Positions 12,990 through 26,989 of a stretch of DNA of 64,000 nt are shown in pieces. The notes beneath the pieces were generated by a model. It was not told the DNA's origin. It did no database searches and saw only the letters and a list, made by a program, of their open reading frames with translations. Source of the DNA: Podarcis vaucheri (Eukaryota); the NCBI GenBank assembly GCA_965113315.1, contig OZ220368.1; one strand, 5' to 3'. A program made the position numbers and the translations under genes. Each line of letters starts with the position of its first letter. Position 1 is the stretch's first letter.

Positions 12990-13240
12990 CGCTAGAACTT
13001 GGGGACATCCAATGAAGCTGAGTGTTGGAAGATTTGCGACAGACAAAAGAAAGTGCTTTTTTCACACAGCCCATCAACTATGAGATTTGCTCCCACAGGA
13101 GGCAGTTTTGGCTACCAGCAGGGATGGGTTTAAAAGAGGGTGAGACAAACTGATGGAGGAGAAGGCTATCAGTAGCTGTTTACCACAATGGCTACGCTTT
13201 GCTTCCATGCTTGGAGACATTATGCTTCCGAATACCAGTT
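12990..13240 (+). mobile_element. CR1 LINE 3' fragment (decayed), resuming briefly at ~13491
   Basis: Degenerate RT C-terminus (RTxGHPMKL...F.TDKRK.FFTQ...GFKRGxDK.ME) followed by CR1-type 3'UTR. Confidence 0.7.
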
Positions 13241-13486
13241 TGGAGCCAGTGTGGTGTAGTGGTTAAGAGCGGTGGACTCGTAATCTGGTGAAGCGGGTTC
13301 GCTTCCCCGCTCCTCCACATGCAGCTGCTGGGTGACCTTGGGCTAGTCACACTTCTGTGAAGTCTCTCAGCCCCACTCACCTCACAGTGTGTTTGTTGTG
13401 GGGGAGGAAGGGAAAGGAGATTGTTAGCCACTTTGATACTCCTTAAGGGGAGTGAAAGGCAGGATTTCAAGTCCAAACTCTTCTTC
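13241..13486 (+). mobile_element. tRNA-derived CORE-type SINE (resembles squamate Squam3), inserted into the CR1 fragment
   Basis: A box tggtgtagtgg, B-box-like gggttcgcttcc, CORE gggtgaccttgggctagtcac, (ttc)n tail; cagtt duplicated on both sides. Confidence 0.82.
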
Positions 13487-13538
13487 AGTTGCTGGAAAAA
13501 ATAAATACTGTACATAGCAAGTGAATGATAGCTTATAG

Positions 13539-13669
13539 CAGTGCTGGGAAACCTTTTTGCAAGCAGAGGGCCACATTCCCTTCCAAGGCTGCATGCTGAT
13601 GGTGGATGGAGCAGAGACAAAAATGGGTGGAGCAGTAAATGTAAATATTACCTTTGCACGATAGACTAG

Positions 13670-13710
<41 letters not shown>

Positions 13711-13904
13711 CACTCTATTCTTTGAGGCAAGCAGAAGTTGTTTTCAGGGTTCAATGACACATTCTAGCCAGACAAAAAGAAGGAAGGAAGAAGATGTGAA
13801 GTCAGGCCATTGGTGGATGTGACCTAGAGAAAGTCCTGGGGGCCAGAGAGAGCCCCGGGAGGCCACATTTGTGCCCCCCCCCGGCCTGAAGTTCTCTACT
13901 CCTG
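13539..13904. mobile_element. hAT MITE containing a (CA)n microsatellite (~13675-13708)
   Basis: Perfect 8-bp TSD gcttatag (13531-13538, 13905-13912); CAG...CTG degenerate TIRs. Confidence 0.8.
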
Positions 13905-15747
13905 GCTTATAGGTTTGTAGTGTCTGAAATCTTGAATATATGTTCAGTCTTTCTTCAGGAGAATAAGTTGTCAGTGGGAATAAGGATTTACCCACAAAGG
14001 ATAAGATCTCTCACTACAATATAAAACATGGACTTGGTATCTGGGCAGCAGTATTAGGTGCCTTGTAATCAGATCGTGAATAAAGGGCTTATTGTACACA
14101 GAGGGATAAAGGCAGTATTTACATGCAAGTGGGAATGGAACGGCTGAAAGAAAGTGTAAAGGTGGTACGAGGTTTCTAGAAAAAACATCTTTCAGGAAGA
14201 AAGTTCCCCTTTTTCACTTCACTTTCCTCTACCTAGGCACAGAATCTGCAGCAATCTTAGTAGCACCTTGCACAGAGTCAGGGCTTGTGCTTGTGGGAGC
14301 ACTGTTGCCATAATATACCAGTCGGCCTGGGGCTAGGGCCTTTGTATATACTCTTCTCTAAAGCTGAAATTCAGCACCAAGGATGATACATCATATGCCA
14401 AGAGAAGCTGGATTCTGCTGGGTTTTAAACCTTGAAAATACACAGAGGTCTGTTTCCCACCCTTACCTCATAGAAAACAGGAGACTTGTTTGTTCTTACC
14501 CTATCCATTGGTGTGTGATATTTCTCCAGCCATCGCCTGTCTTTGCAGTTATAAGCCCCAGAAACTTGCTTTTTCAGTGAAAGCTGACAGGTCCTCAGGA
14601 TGCTGAACTGAGTGGACCACGCAATTAAGCAGAAGAGCAAAACATGATTGTGATCAAACAGCAGCGGCTGAAGCCTTTAAACACTTGGGTTTGTTACATT
14701 CCAGTAGAAATTATCATATGAAAAAATATAGAAGGTATTCTCTTTTGCACACACTTGTGTTAAAATGTGATGTGAGGAGTATTCAAGTTAATGGTTCACA
14801 TTGAGTATTGTTTATTTTGTTTCATAAACTTTATACACCTCTGAAATGTAAAAAAATCCTCAGCGGTTTATAAAAAGATAAATTTACTAACAATTAACAG
14901 CAAGAATATAAAACAAATCAGAATACTAAAACCAGCAATAAACTAGAAAAACAGATTAAAACACAAATTACCTATCCAGAGTTTTATTTCAAGGTCAGCG
15001 TTGTTGCAGATCTAGAACCTGGTACTCGAGAAGGCTCAGCTTTTGGCCCTGGAGCTGCCATGTTTAGTAAAAATGAAAAAGGAAAAAAAATCAATTATAT
15101 CTTTTAAAAAAATCAATTGATTAATAGGATGGCATACTTTCAAGAAATGGTTTCGGCACAATTGACAAATGATTATCAAGTTGCTTTGTGGCTTCATTGT
15201 ATAAAGGCCTGAGCGTGAATAATAATAATTATAAATTAATCTGGTTGTCTATAATAGCAGCAACTTCTCGCTGATGTTACTGGTGGTTCTGGCAGTCTTG
15301 CCCTTGGTAAAGAGCAGACCATTCCTGGAAGCACCCTTTGCCTCCAAATCCCATCAGCTCCAGGAGCAGATCAGTTGACCATGTCCAGGACAGGGCATTT
15401 CCTCCCAAGACAGCTGACTTGATGGTTGTTAGAGTCCTTTATATAGCAGCTTAAGAAGCTGGTACACAATTGTCTGAACACAGCCATTTCCCCCCCCGAG
15501 AGAGTTGTATAAGCAGATCTGATTAAAACTCGTGATTAATCAAGTAACGCTTTTTACGTCGGCCTTGCAGAGTGCATCAGAGAATGTGCACTTTATGCTT
15601 TTCCTTCTTGAGAGTAATTGCAGCCTGCCTTCACACATCTGGGATTCCTTGCACATCTGGCATTCAGATTTTGCATTAAACATCCAATCATTGCCTATTG
15701 CAAATTCAGATTCCCTTGAAGCTACCTTTACAACATCCTCCATTAGC

Positions 15748-15783
<36 letters not shown>

Positions 15784-15987
15784 TTATTATTTGTACCCCG
15801 CCCATCTGGCTGGGTTTCCCCAGCCACTCTGGGCGGCTTCCACAGAAACCAAAAAACACTAAAATATCATACATTAAAAGCTTCCCTGAATAGGGCCGCC
15901 TTAAGATGTCTTCTGAATGTCAGGTAGTTGTCCATCACCTTGACATCCGATGGGAGGGCATTCCACAGGGCGGGCGCCACCACCGAA
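15748..15987 (-). mobile_element. L2-clade LINE 3' end with (ATT)n tail
   Basis: Minus-strand SVVAPALWNALPSDVK...FRRHLKAALFREAF; same family as 19582 and 29283. Confidence 0.88.
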
Positions 15988-16277
15988 ATGTGGTTAAAAT
16001 ACTTCTTAATTCTTTTAGCATTGCTTGCCTTAGCCGTATTATGGCAACTAAAGGGGAAAACATAAGCCTGTTCATCGGCCAGAGAATGTGTTGCAGGGAA
16101 TTTCCTTATTCCCCTCCACTCCACAAAGAACAAACACACTCCTTTAGCTGCCACTTGCCCTAGGACTGCTAAACCAAAGGGAGACATACTTTGGCCTCTG
16201 CCACCAGCCAAGGCACCCACAATCACTCTGGAAGACTGCCCCCAAGTTGCATTCAACTAACATTTACTCAGAGTAGG

Positions 16278-16616
16278 CAGTGCCAGATTTACGTATAAGC
16301 TAAGCAAGCTATAGCTTAGGGCCCCACTCTCTTGGGGGCTCCCCCAAAAAATGAAAGGAAAAAAACCTGTTCATTTCCAAAATATAAGATAAAAAAGCAA
16401 ATAAAACCTACATACAGCAACAGTGTTTTGTGTTGTGCAGGTTCCTATTTTGTTATGTCCAAATGGCTTTAGATACCTATTAGGTCCATAAATTACCATA
16501 TAGCATATAATCAACACAAAAAACAGCGACAATTTGTTGTTGACAAAGGACAGCTGGACATATAAAGGGCCCCATTACCTTCAGTAGCTCAGGGCCTCAT
16601 CAAACCTAAATCCCTG
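16278..16616. mobile_element. hAT (Tip100-like) non-autonomous element
   Basis: Perfect 8-bp TSD agagtagg (16270-16277, 16617-16624); TIR cagtgccagattta / taaatccctg with a small deletion. Confidence 0.8.
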
Positions 16617-16807
16617 AGAGTAGGCCTATTGAAATCAATGTCCATGTCTAACTTGAGGCCTGTTAATTTCATTGGAGTGAATAAGCAGTTGCTCCAATAT
16701 TTGCCTTCCTTTCCCTCACCATCCTTTTTTCCATTTGTTATTTTATCTGTTAGATTATCTTTTACAGACCATCCCTGTCTTAGAAAATGTTAGGTTCTTT
16801 GTGCGTT

Positions 16808-16850
<43 letters not shown>
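16808..16850. repeat. (AAC)n microsatellite
   Basis: About 14 perfect units. Confidence 0.97.
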
Positions 16851-18505
16851 GGCTTTCAGACTAACACTGGTTTCTTGTCAAGTATCTAGCCTTATTTCTT
16901 CTTTAACTAGCCCTGGCTAGACTGTCCAAAACACAGTAAAGTGTCGCTGAATGATGAATGATTAAACAGGAATCTATATTTAGATTTGGATTCTCAAAGC
17001 TCAGGAGATCATGTTGTCAGTTTGACTTTTCCCACGCAAACGTTTCAGGCAAGCATTATGTACGGACTAAGTTTCAGTAGCCAGCATATGGTGCATTAGC
17101 AAAAGTCTTGCTTCTGCTGCTTCTGTGAATAGACTTTCCAGATAAATGCCATACATATTCTAAATACAGTATTACAAAAACTCATTAAATAGTATTGTCA
17201 ATGGATGAAAGATCATTCTGCAGTGCACGGGCAAGGTTTCTCTTTAACTTGGTTCCTATCGCTTCTTCTTTTGTAGCAGTTAGTAATATATGTGTGTCAG
17301 GGAGAAGATGCAAATAGCCCTCTTGGAGGTCAGAGGTGTGGGTGCAGATTAAGACATATCTAAGAATACTTATAATGGAAAACTGCAGAGTATTGAAATT
17401 AGACTTGAAAGTGAATTATTCTCCCAGCTATTTGTGCTGATCCGGTGAAGCACAGCCAAAACTGCTATCTACATTGTAGTTCTGATTTCCCAGTTGTGGT
17501 GACCACCCTAGATTTATTAATATCTATTTAAATGAGGTGAAAATAGTCCAAGCAAAGTCTGTGGAGTATCCATTTTAAGTAGAATTGCCAAACATTGAGG
17601 AGGATATTGTTTCAAATTATTTTTATGCTCCATTTTTGTCTTCAGTGTTATACTCCCTTTTTTTTTTTTTTTACATAAGTATTTTAAATGCTGAGGAGTG
17701 GTGAAGTATACATAGAGAAGCGGAGAACTATCATCTTAATTGTAATTTGAAATACTAGTCCTGTGTGCTATGTATAGTCCCGATTTTGAGTAATCTCATA
17801 TATGTGTAAGGCTTCATAGACTCTTATGAAACAAACAAAAACAAACAAAACCTATTTCTTAATCCAGGAAGATATGGTGAATATAATAGTCTAATAGTCT
17901 GAAAAGCTGGTTTGGGGAAGCATCATTTACCTTCTCTTCTTTCTGCCTTCAGCTTTCTTTTGCGCCATGTTCCATTCAGTCTCTGGAGGGAACTGTGATT
18001 TAAAATAGTAGCAGTAAAATACACTTGAAAGGTGTCTGTAGGACTAATTCCAGAAGCGTGAATTATATTTAAGTAGCCAGAAGTGCAATGACTAAGGTGC
18101 TGGACTGAGGCCAGGGACCAAGGTTCATATCCCCACTCTGCCATGAAGCCAGTCTCTCTCTCTCAGGCTGGCCTACCTCATAGGGTTGTTGTTACGGTAA
18201 AGTTGAGTGCGAAGCAGGAGAAACATGTATGCTTCCTTGTATACATGGTATACAAACTATACATGTAGCTAATAATCAATAATAAAAATCAATAACTTTT
18301 TATTTGAGTTCATCCTATTAACATTTTAAATGAACTTACCATCAATAAATTGAGGAGAATTGTGTGTAGAAGTGTTTTCATGTGTAACCTTCATGTTCAG
18401 GTTCAAATTTCAGAAATTTAAAACATTGCCATCTATTAAAATGGGGTATGATAGGTAGATGTTTTTGTATTTATCTGGAATATGCTGATATTTCTCTTTT
18501 CGTAG

Positions 18506-18572
18506 GGATGCCTCATTTGGGAACAGTACATATAATCTGACTATTCTGGATTGTCTACAAGGAATAAAAAAG
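18506..18572 (+). CDS. CDC14A: CDC14A exon 6 equivalent, 67 nt: [22 protein letters not shown]
   Basis: tttcgtag acceptor, gtaacg donor; completes the PFRDAS motif; phase 2/0. Confidence 0.97.
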
Positions 18573-18623
18573 GTAACGTCACAAAATGCATTTGAAAGAG
18601 AAATCATATCCTAAGGCACATGC

Positions 18624-18884
18624 AGGTAAAAAGGTAAAGGACCCCTGGATGGTTAAAATCCAGTCAAAGGCAACTATGGGGTGTGGCGCTCATTTTTCTT
18701 CAGGCCGAGGGAACTGGCATTTGTCCACAGACAGCTTTCCGAGTCATGTGGCCAGCATGACTAAGCAGCTTCTGGCTCAATGGAACACCGTGACGGAAAC
18801 CAGAGCGCATGGAAACACCGTTTACCTTCCCGCCACAGTGGTATCTATTTATCTACTTGCACTGGTGTGCTTTCAAACAGCTAG
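18624..18884 (-). mobile_element. Sauria SINE, 5'-truncated, about 50 nt downstream of the exon 6 donor
   Basis: (aggtaaa) tail and body nearly co-linear with 59350-59610. Confidence 0.9.
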
Positions 18885-19581
18885 ACAGGTGCACTACTCA
18901 GTTTTAGCAGATTTTTTTGTAGTGACCTATAGTGGATGCCCTCATTGGACAAAGCAACAAAACTGCTATATCAGCTAGCCCTGTTATATTATCAGCTACT
19001 ATATTAACCCACCCTGACATTAGATGTGGCATTCATACACGTGACTGTGTAGCAGCACCTGTGTCTCAGGTTTTTGCTTCCTTCCTCCCTTCCCTCCCAG
19101 TAACTCCCCAGGAAGTCAGTTTCTGGAGGATGGGGCAGGTTGTATCAGAACTGTTATCCTTTTTAGGTAAAATAACTGCCGCATCACAACCACCACTGCT
19201 CAGGATGGCATGAGTGGCAAGGCTTTATATACAGTGGTGGCTCCACAACTCCATTCAGCCGCAGTTCTCTATTGACTGGGAGTTAGGATTGCTCCCTGCA
19301 TTTAAGCTTTTAATATATACCACACATTCAGCTGTCTGTCTGAGCTTAGGGCCCAGTGTTTTTGATTTTTGGAAGCCAGAATAAATTAACTAAAATGCAT
19401 TTTCAGCTCATCCTGCTCTGTGCTTCTGATGTTATCCAACAGAAACCAACAGCCTTATCATTGCCTTTTTAAAAGTATAATGATAAAAAATAATATCTGG
19501 TAATGCTGCTTCTCCACATCATTTAGATCTAAATAATGCTTTGTAGGCAGCTCTTGTATATTTACCATACCATACATACCC

Positions 19582-20000
19582 AATACGTGTCTGAGCACAA
19601 TTCAAAGTGTTGGTGTTGACCTTTAAAGCCCTAAACGGCCTTGGCCCAGTATACCTGAAGGAGTGTCTCCACCCCCATCGTTCAGCCCAGACACTGAGGT
19701 CCAGCACCAAGGGCCTTCTGGTGGTTCCCTCACTGCGAGAAGTGAGGTTACAGGGAACCAGGCAGAGGGCCTTCTCGGTAGTGGCACCCGCCCTGTGGAA
19801 TGCCCTCCCATAAGATGTCAAGGAAATAAACAACTATCTGACTTTTAGAATACATCTGAAAGCAACCGGGTTTAGGGAAGTTTTTTATGACTGATGTTTT
19901 AATGTATTTTTAATCTTTTGTTGGAAGCTGCCCAGAGTGGCTGAGGAAACCTAGCCAGATGGGTGGGGTAGAAATAATAAATTATTATTATGATGATGAT
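19582..20000 (+). mobile_element. L2-clade LINE 3' fragment
   Basis: FKVLVLTFKALNGLGPVYLKE...LRSS...RAFSVVAPALWNALP, then 3'UTR and (ATT/ATG)n tail. Confidence 0.9.
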
Positions 20001-20066
20001 CATACTGAACTATTTGATTTGTGTTTGTTCTTTTGAAACTAAATTGCTAGATATTTAATTTGTGTG

Positions 20067-20295
20067 CAGTGGTACCGTGGTTTACAGACTTAATACGTTC
20101 CGGAAGTCCGTTCTTAAACCGAAACTGTTCTTAAACTGAGGTGTGCTTTCCCTAATGAGGCTTCCCGCAGCCAGTGCCCTTCCACCATTCTTAGACCGAG
20201 GTAAAGTTCGCAAACCAGGACACTACTTCCAGTTTTGCGGAGTTTGTAAATCAAATAGTTAATTAACAGGACTGTCTTAAACCGAGGTACCACTA
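20067..20295. mobile_element. Tigger/pogo-like MITE
   Basis: cagtggtacc...ggtaccacta inverted termini. Confidence 0.8.
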
Positions 20296-20747
20296 TATTA
20301 GTATCAGGAACAGAATGTTTTTAACAATACTATCTACAGTTCGCGTAGATTAATTCCAGATCGTTTGGATAGGATGGTATGTCTTACAACCAGAAAGTAT
20401 ATTACAGTTCAACAAAATTGGGAACATGGAGACAATAGATTATTCCTATTAGTGTCCTTAGAGATGCATCAAATGCGTAGACACATATTTTAATTTCTTG
20501 CTTTACTATTTGAACCCCAGAGATAAATCTGTTTAACCTAATTGGTATAGTTTAAAGGTTCAGTAGCTAAGGCAAGTAATAGAGGGGACAAGGGAGACAC
20601 CAAAAAAAAAACCCCAAGAAAAAATCCTATGAAAACTGCCTTCCTTTTGTCCCATATATTTGACCAGCTTGGTGCTCATTCAGATTTAAATGGTTCAAAA
20701 TGTCCTTTGGGCGGTTGCCTGTGAACTTGACTTTTTTTGCTTTCTAG

Positions 20748-20810
20748 GCCTTACAGCATGGATTTATTGACTTCAAGACATTTGATGCAGATGAGTATGA
20801 GCATTATGAG
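20748..20810 (+). CDS. CDC14A: CDC14A exon 7 equivalent, 63 nt: [21 protein letters not shown]
   Basis: tttctag acceptor, gtttgt donor; acidic linker EYEHYE. Confidence 0.96.
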
Positions 20811-21060
20811 GTTTGTGCGTCTTCTGAACTGAATAGTTTGCCTGAGTTTCAACATGCACTTATTAAGCACACGTAGTTCTGCTTTGCGGCGAAGTTTGAG
20901 CTTTCCTAAATTGTAGGTGCCGCATAATTGGTGCACTGATGCTTTCTTTCCCAATTACCTTCCAGTTATTGATGCATTTCTTTTTCAGTAAAAGAGCAAA
21001 TGCAAAGAAGTGAAAGGCTGCTAAGCGCCATGGCATGATCCACCTATAATGAGATTAGAG

Positions 21061-21312
21061 CAGGGGTCAGCAACCTTTTTCAGCCGTGGGCTGGTCCAGC
21101 ATCCCTCAGACCATGTGAGGGGCCGAACTATATTTTTTTGGGGGGGGGGATGAATGAATTCCTATGCTCCACAAATAACCCAGAGGTGCATTTTAAATAA
21201 AAGGACACATTCTACTCATGTAAAAACACGCTGATTCCCGGACGTCCGCGGTCCAGATTTAGAAGACGATTGGGCCGCATCTGGCCCCCGGGCCTTAGGT
21301 TGCCCACTCCTG
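21061..21312. mobile_element. hAT-Charlie MITE, complete
   Basis: caggggtcagcaacct...aggttgcccactcctg termini; 8-bp TSD gattagag/aattagag. Confidence 0.9.
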
Positions 21313-23106
21313 AATTAGAGGATCTCTATTGCATGGTACTGTGCAAATGCCATCCTTTAAAAAAATGAGTTCTCAATATAAGGGGGGGGGGGACTCCTTC
21401 TCTTCTCGTTTTCTCTTCACTTAATCCGAAGAGGGAAATGTATTCTTAGGGTAGTTGACCAGTGTTAAATGCTACTTATGTCTACCTGGTTCTTAGCTTG
21501 TGGAGTCTGAGTAATGGCTATTGCACGCCTCAAGTTTACTGCTGCGTCATTTTACTGGGCAAGTAATGTCACTTCTATTTGCCTTGCACAGTATTTTATG
21601 TGTTCTAAGTCTGAAACATTGTTGTTTGAAGAGAGTACTTGAGAATGTGTATTTAGAACATGTCTGGTCAAGTTTTTCCAACAGGAAGAGTAGGTAGGTG
21701 GATTAACCAATAGTCGCATTGTGAAATGCTTGCACTACTTGTTAAATATTAACTTTGGGGTTAAGTTTTTTTAAAAAAAAAAACACCTGATGCTTCCAGA
21801 AGCAGCACCTCTTGTCCTTAAAGAAAAATATGAATTTTGAACCTTTTCTATATAATCTTTTTCATTTAAAATTTGCTGACTTCTTTTCATCTCAACCTAA
21901 TACAAATTGCTAAGAATGACAGCGTCACTTATTTTTAATGCTTACAGAGGTTTAGCTTCATGCTGTATCTAAGCAAACACACTGGCCAGGATCTAAAGAA
22001 TTAATAATAATAATTATAAAATGTGTATGCCGCTCTTCAGCTGAAGATCTCAGGGCAGTTAACAACAGAAAAATAAAAAATGAGAATACAAAAATACATA
22101 ATAAAACAAAAACAAAAGAACTGCTTAAGGCCTTACAAGAGGGGGCTTGGACACACCTAGTTGAGTTCTGGAATTCTTTTTAATCTCTCATGCCCTATGA
22201 CAACCTCTCTTTCAAAAATAGCTTGCTATGCAGCATAGGTGCTTGCAGTTGCTAGAAAAACAAGTCTTAAAGCCACAGTGGGCTCATGAATCTAGTTCCA
22301 CAAGCATTTCCTTGGATCCTGAACCCTGTTATTCGCTTCCCTTAAATCTGCCATCTGCACCCAATTAAATATGCCTAGGCCTATTGAAGACCTTGGAATT
22401 CTGTTTGTGTGTATGTAAAATAGAGGAGTGTTTTACAAAATACACAGCAGTGAACTACCACAGCCAACCCTGTCTCTGTTACAAGTATACCTGTAAAATT
22501 AAGATTTTATTAAGTGTGCACTTTAAAAAGGAACATGAAGTGGCTTTTAATACATTATTGTGGTACTCTCAACATCTAGGTTTAAAATGGAAGCTATTGA
22601 GGATGGATAGTACCCAACTTGGTTGTTCCATTTGTATCCTACCTGATGACTTCAGCTGACACACACCCCTGCTTCATCTCTGCTTCACACTTGGCATAAT
22701 AAGAGGCTGAAGCATGAAAGTGAGAGTTGGCAAGAAGCTTGTATTTACCACATTAAAAAAACAAAACAAAGCTAATTGGCCTTAATTTGTCTTCCCTTAA
22801 AGATTAGTTTTGAAAGTCTTAATCATGTCACAGACTTCCATTGCTGCTCTCAACTGGCGATTAGTCCCTGGAGGAAAACACATTGAGACACTTCTTTGGT
22901 CCTGGAAGAAGTGCTTTGGGTAAAATTTGAGCAAACTGACAAATCTCTCCAAGTAGATATTGCAAGCAGGTAAATTGTACAATGTCCATACAGCTCTCAT
23001 GAGCAGATAACGAATGACTTTTCAAAAGCTTTGCAGAAGAGGATGTTGTTCAAAAACTATTGTGAAGATAAATATTTTTCTAAGTCTCTGCTTTTGTTTT
23101 CACTAG

Positions 23107-23277
<171 letters not shown>

Positions 23278-25168
23278 TGATCCACATGTGTGAAAAGTAG
23301 ATATTGAGACCTTGCTGTATGCACAGGAACATTGTATGCACCCCTTTGGAGAACACCATGCTATTTGTGCTATTGAGCTGTTGTCTGGAAGTACCCATAG
23401 AGGCCAAATGAACATTGTTTCATGTCTGCATTTTTTAAAAAATTGTAATTATCGTTAGATGAAAATAGCTTATAAGTGGAGAAGACAATGAACCTTCCTT
23501 CTTTCATTCTTAAAACTGGCAGTTTGCATGAACTACAAGTTTAATTACAAATGACCTACAAAGCTAACATCTGGGGAGAAGTCAGGCACTGCCTATGAGG
23601 ACTATTAAACATAAGAGTTGAAAATGAAGGCAGGACGGTTGGAAGGACTAGCCCAGCATCTATAATACCTAGATAATGGTCTTAGATAGTTGTAAGGATT
23701 CCTAAGGTTATGTTTGAACATGCTACATAAAATATGAGTTCTTTATTGTCAATGAGGCAGATTCTGGGGCCTTCCTTCTCTGCCAGTGGAGTCCAGGCAT
23801 ACAGTCTTGCAGACTGAGGACTTCATGAATACATACCCTATGATTCTAATCTAGAGTGAAACCTATACAGTGGCATTATTCCCTGTTTTAGATACTGTAC
23901 TGGCTAAAATAATACTCACTTCTTTTAGACCAATATGCTAGTTTTCTGTTCTCCTGTTCAGAATGAATGTTTTATTCCTAAAAGCAAAAAAAGCAAAAAT
24001 CCAAACTCAAGTGGTTGGGCACTCTTTTTTTGTTGTAAATCATTTTCCTTTTGATGCCCTATTTAAGCCCAGGGAACATCTTGCTATTAAGAATTGCCCT
24101 AGGGTATTCTTGTATCTCAGACTCTTGTATCTAGCCTTAAATTTGTTCTGCTTTCTTTAAACGAGCCATAGCTCTTATCAGTTTGGTAGCTACTGAACTA
24201 TAAAACATATCTTCAAAAGCTATATAAAAAGGAAACTGTGGGGGGCAGCATAGAAAGGAAGAGCATGCATATTTCAGTGTGTTGCTGACTTGCTGAGTTA
24301 GCTAAGGGAAGAAATAGAAAATACATTAGTTGCTGTATCCCACAGCTGTAAATGTTCTACTCCAATATACAGATACCTGGAGAGTTTTGTGTTAATGCTT
24401 GTTTTAATCAAGTCATTTTCATGGTGATGAGGAAGATGCAAGAATGCTGCATTCTGGTCTACATCTAATCGAAGACGGGGGTTTTCCACTCATACTTCTT
24501 CTACCCTGTTAGTTGTTCAGCTTCTTGCAACATTAGCTAATATCATTAGTTTGTTCCTTGTTCACATGTCACTGTTACAGGCTTAGCAATACTGTGCAGG
24601 CTCCCAGGAGTGAGCTTGCAGATGCTTTGCTCATCCTCTGTATTTTCCGCTTCATGAAGATAAGCCAAGGTTTGGCTTAGCATGACATCTGAGCAAAGAC
24701 TCGTGGCTGTCTCCACACCAACCATGAGCTATAAACCAAGATATGGCTACACCTCATAGTTAGGTGAGAGTGCATAACACCAACATGCTAGGGCAACCTT
24801 GACTATGGCAACACAGCAGATTATATCTGTATATCTATATCTGCGTATATCTATCTCCAACGAAAGACCAAAGCAGTGAACATTTGCACAGTCTCACTAA
24901 GCTATATTTGGCTTAATGCGTTGTGCAAACTAAGGTTCCGTGACTGAAAGTTTATTGACTACAATTTTAGGCCACTCAACTTTGTATACTTGCACAGATT
25001 TTTTTAGTAACGTTTGCTTTCTTTTTACACTATGTTGATTACATTAGTAATGTTCGTTTTAAAACAAAAAGTGTTTAAAGTCTGGTGTTGTAGTTGTTGT
25101 CTGTACCAGTAGGAAGTTTTTGGAGGTCGTATACAAACAGCCAGGCATTTTCGCTCTTCCTGTTACAG

Positions 25169-25399
25169 GCTACCCTCTCCACGCACCGGAAGCCTATTTC
25201 CCATATTTCAGGAAGCACAACATAACAACTGTCATAAGACTCAACAAGAAGATTTATGAGGCAAAGCGTTTCACAGATGGTGGGTTTGACCATTACGACC
25301 TGTTCTTCATAGACGGAAGCACGCCGAGTGACAGTATATTGCAACAGTTCTTGACCATCTCCGAGGAAGCAGAAGGTGCCATAGCTGTGCATTGTAAAG
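25169..25399 (+). CDS. CDC14A: CDC14A exon 9 equivalent, 231 nt: [13 protein letters not shown]...[10 protein letters not shown]...AIAVHCK
   Basis: tgttacag acceptor, gtgagt donor; general-acid loop FIDGSTP and catalytic HC; phase 1/1. Confidence 0.98.
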
Positions 25400-26989
25400 G
25401 TGAGTTCTTCCAAAAGGAAAAGCAATTCAGTGGTATTGTATTCTGGCACGAAGAGGAATTAATAACCAGGTTTGAAAATAGCATCCTCCGATCTTAATTT
25501 TAAAAATGCTGCATTGGGTAAAATAGTCTAAATTATGAAAAGCTTCGATTGTGATTTTGAGCAGAAATTTCATAGTGGTTCCCCCTGTTTTTAATGCAGA
25601 CCCTATTTTATTCCACTGAGTGATGCTATTGCCTTTCTTTTTAGTGAAGCGTGTCTTTTCAATATTTTTAAAAATTATCTTGTAGACATAGAAATTACTG
25701 TTCTTATGCTGTTGGGATAGCAGTGATAAATTTCGCCATTTGTCTATGGTGTGCTGTGCTGTGCTCAACTGAAACGATTTTTATTTGGAAAGCAGGGATG
25801 TAAAAGTATAGTGTTGCCCTTTCCTCTCTCTGTGCTCCTTCTTTCTTATTAATTAGCTGAAAGCAGAGGGCAAGGTGCTTTTTTGGCTTTTGTTCATTTT
25901 CTTTTAAAAAGCCAATCAGCTTCTGTTCTTGGGCCCACAACCATCCTAGAGATTCATTCTCTGTCTTCTGAAGGGAAAATATCAGTGTTTCTTTTGAACT
26001 GGAACAAACTTTTCCAGAACAAAACTATTTCAGTCCCAGGCTGACCAGGGTTAAAACTAATAAAAGACATTTCACAGGAGCCATGTACTAAGCTAATGAA
26101 AGAACTTGGAGAGGTAACAGCATTGGACACCAGTTGTTGCGGTGCTCTGTTGGCTGAAGATTACCTTGGCTTCTTCATTGCAGCTTGTGCCTATGCAATT
26201 CTCATGATCCTGAATTCACAACCCTAAAAAACACATTCTGGATAAAAATGCATCCGCAGGAAATCATAAACTGCTAGCTGAGGAGATGAAGATCAGCTGT
26301 GTTGGTGGCTTTTTCATTAGGTGCTGAAATCCTAGTAAATCTTGCACTAAACATGTTTGGGGTGGGGTGGGGAAAAGAGCCATTTTTTAAAAAAAAGAAT
26401 ACTTAGGATGGAGTTACACTGAGAATGAATCAGAATTGTAGCAGAATAAATGCAGATTCAGTTTCACCCTATATTGTGACATCCTCCAGCTATGAGCAGC
26501 CACAGCAGTGGCAGCTAATGGTGTGTGACAGAAATACTCCCATATTCCGAAATCTTCACGCCATGTAAATAAATGATCTTTCACATTAAAAGGGAAGGGA
26601 GACCTTGACAAGGTAATGCCTTTTCATGTGACAAACATCACATATAGCTTCACTTTTCGCATACGCCTTCAGTTTGACTTGGGCAGCAAAGCGGTACACC
26701 TTTGTTCAGTAGATTTACCCAGAGCAGGAATAGAAAGGGCAGTGGAGGTTAAGACAGGAATTAGCAGGGCTCTGTGGGATCTAGCAGGATGTTTGTACTA
26801 CGATGGCTTCCTGGTGTTTAAAATAGACATCAGTAATGTTCTTTTGTAAAACATTAGCACATGGTACAAGGAAACAAGTTTTATGAAATATCACACATTT
26901 AGAGGAATTCGTCGATATTCTTAAACACGTGTAGTTCTGTACCTAATATCAATTTTATGTCTCCCCCCCCCCCCATTTTCTCACTGTAG

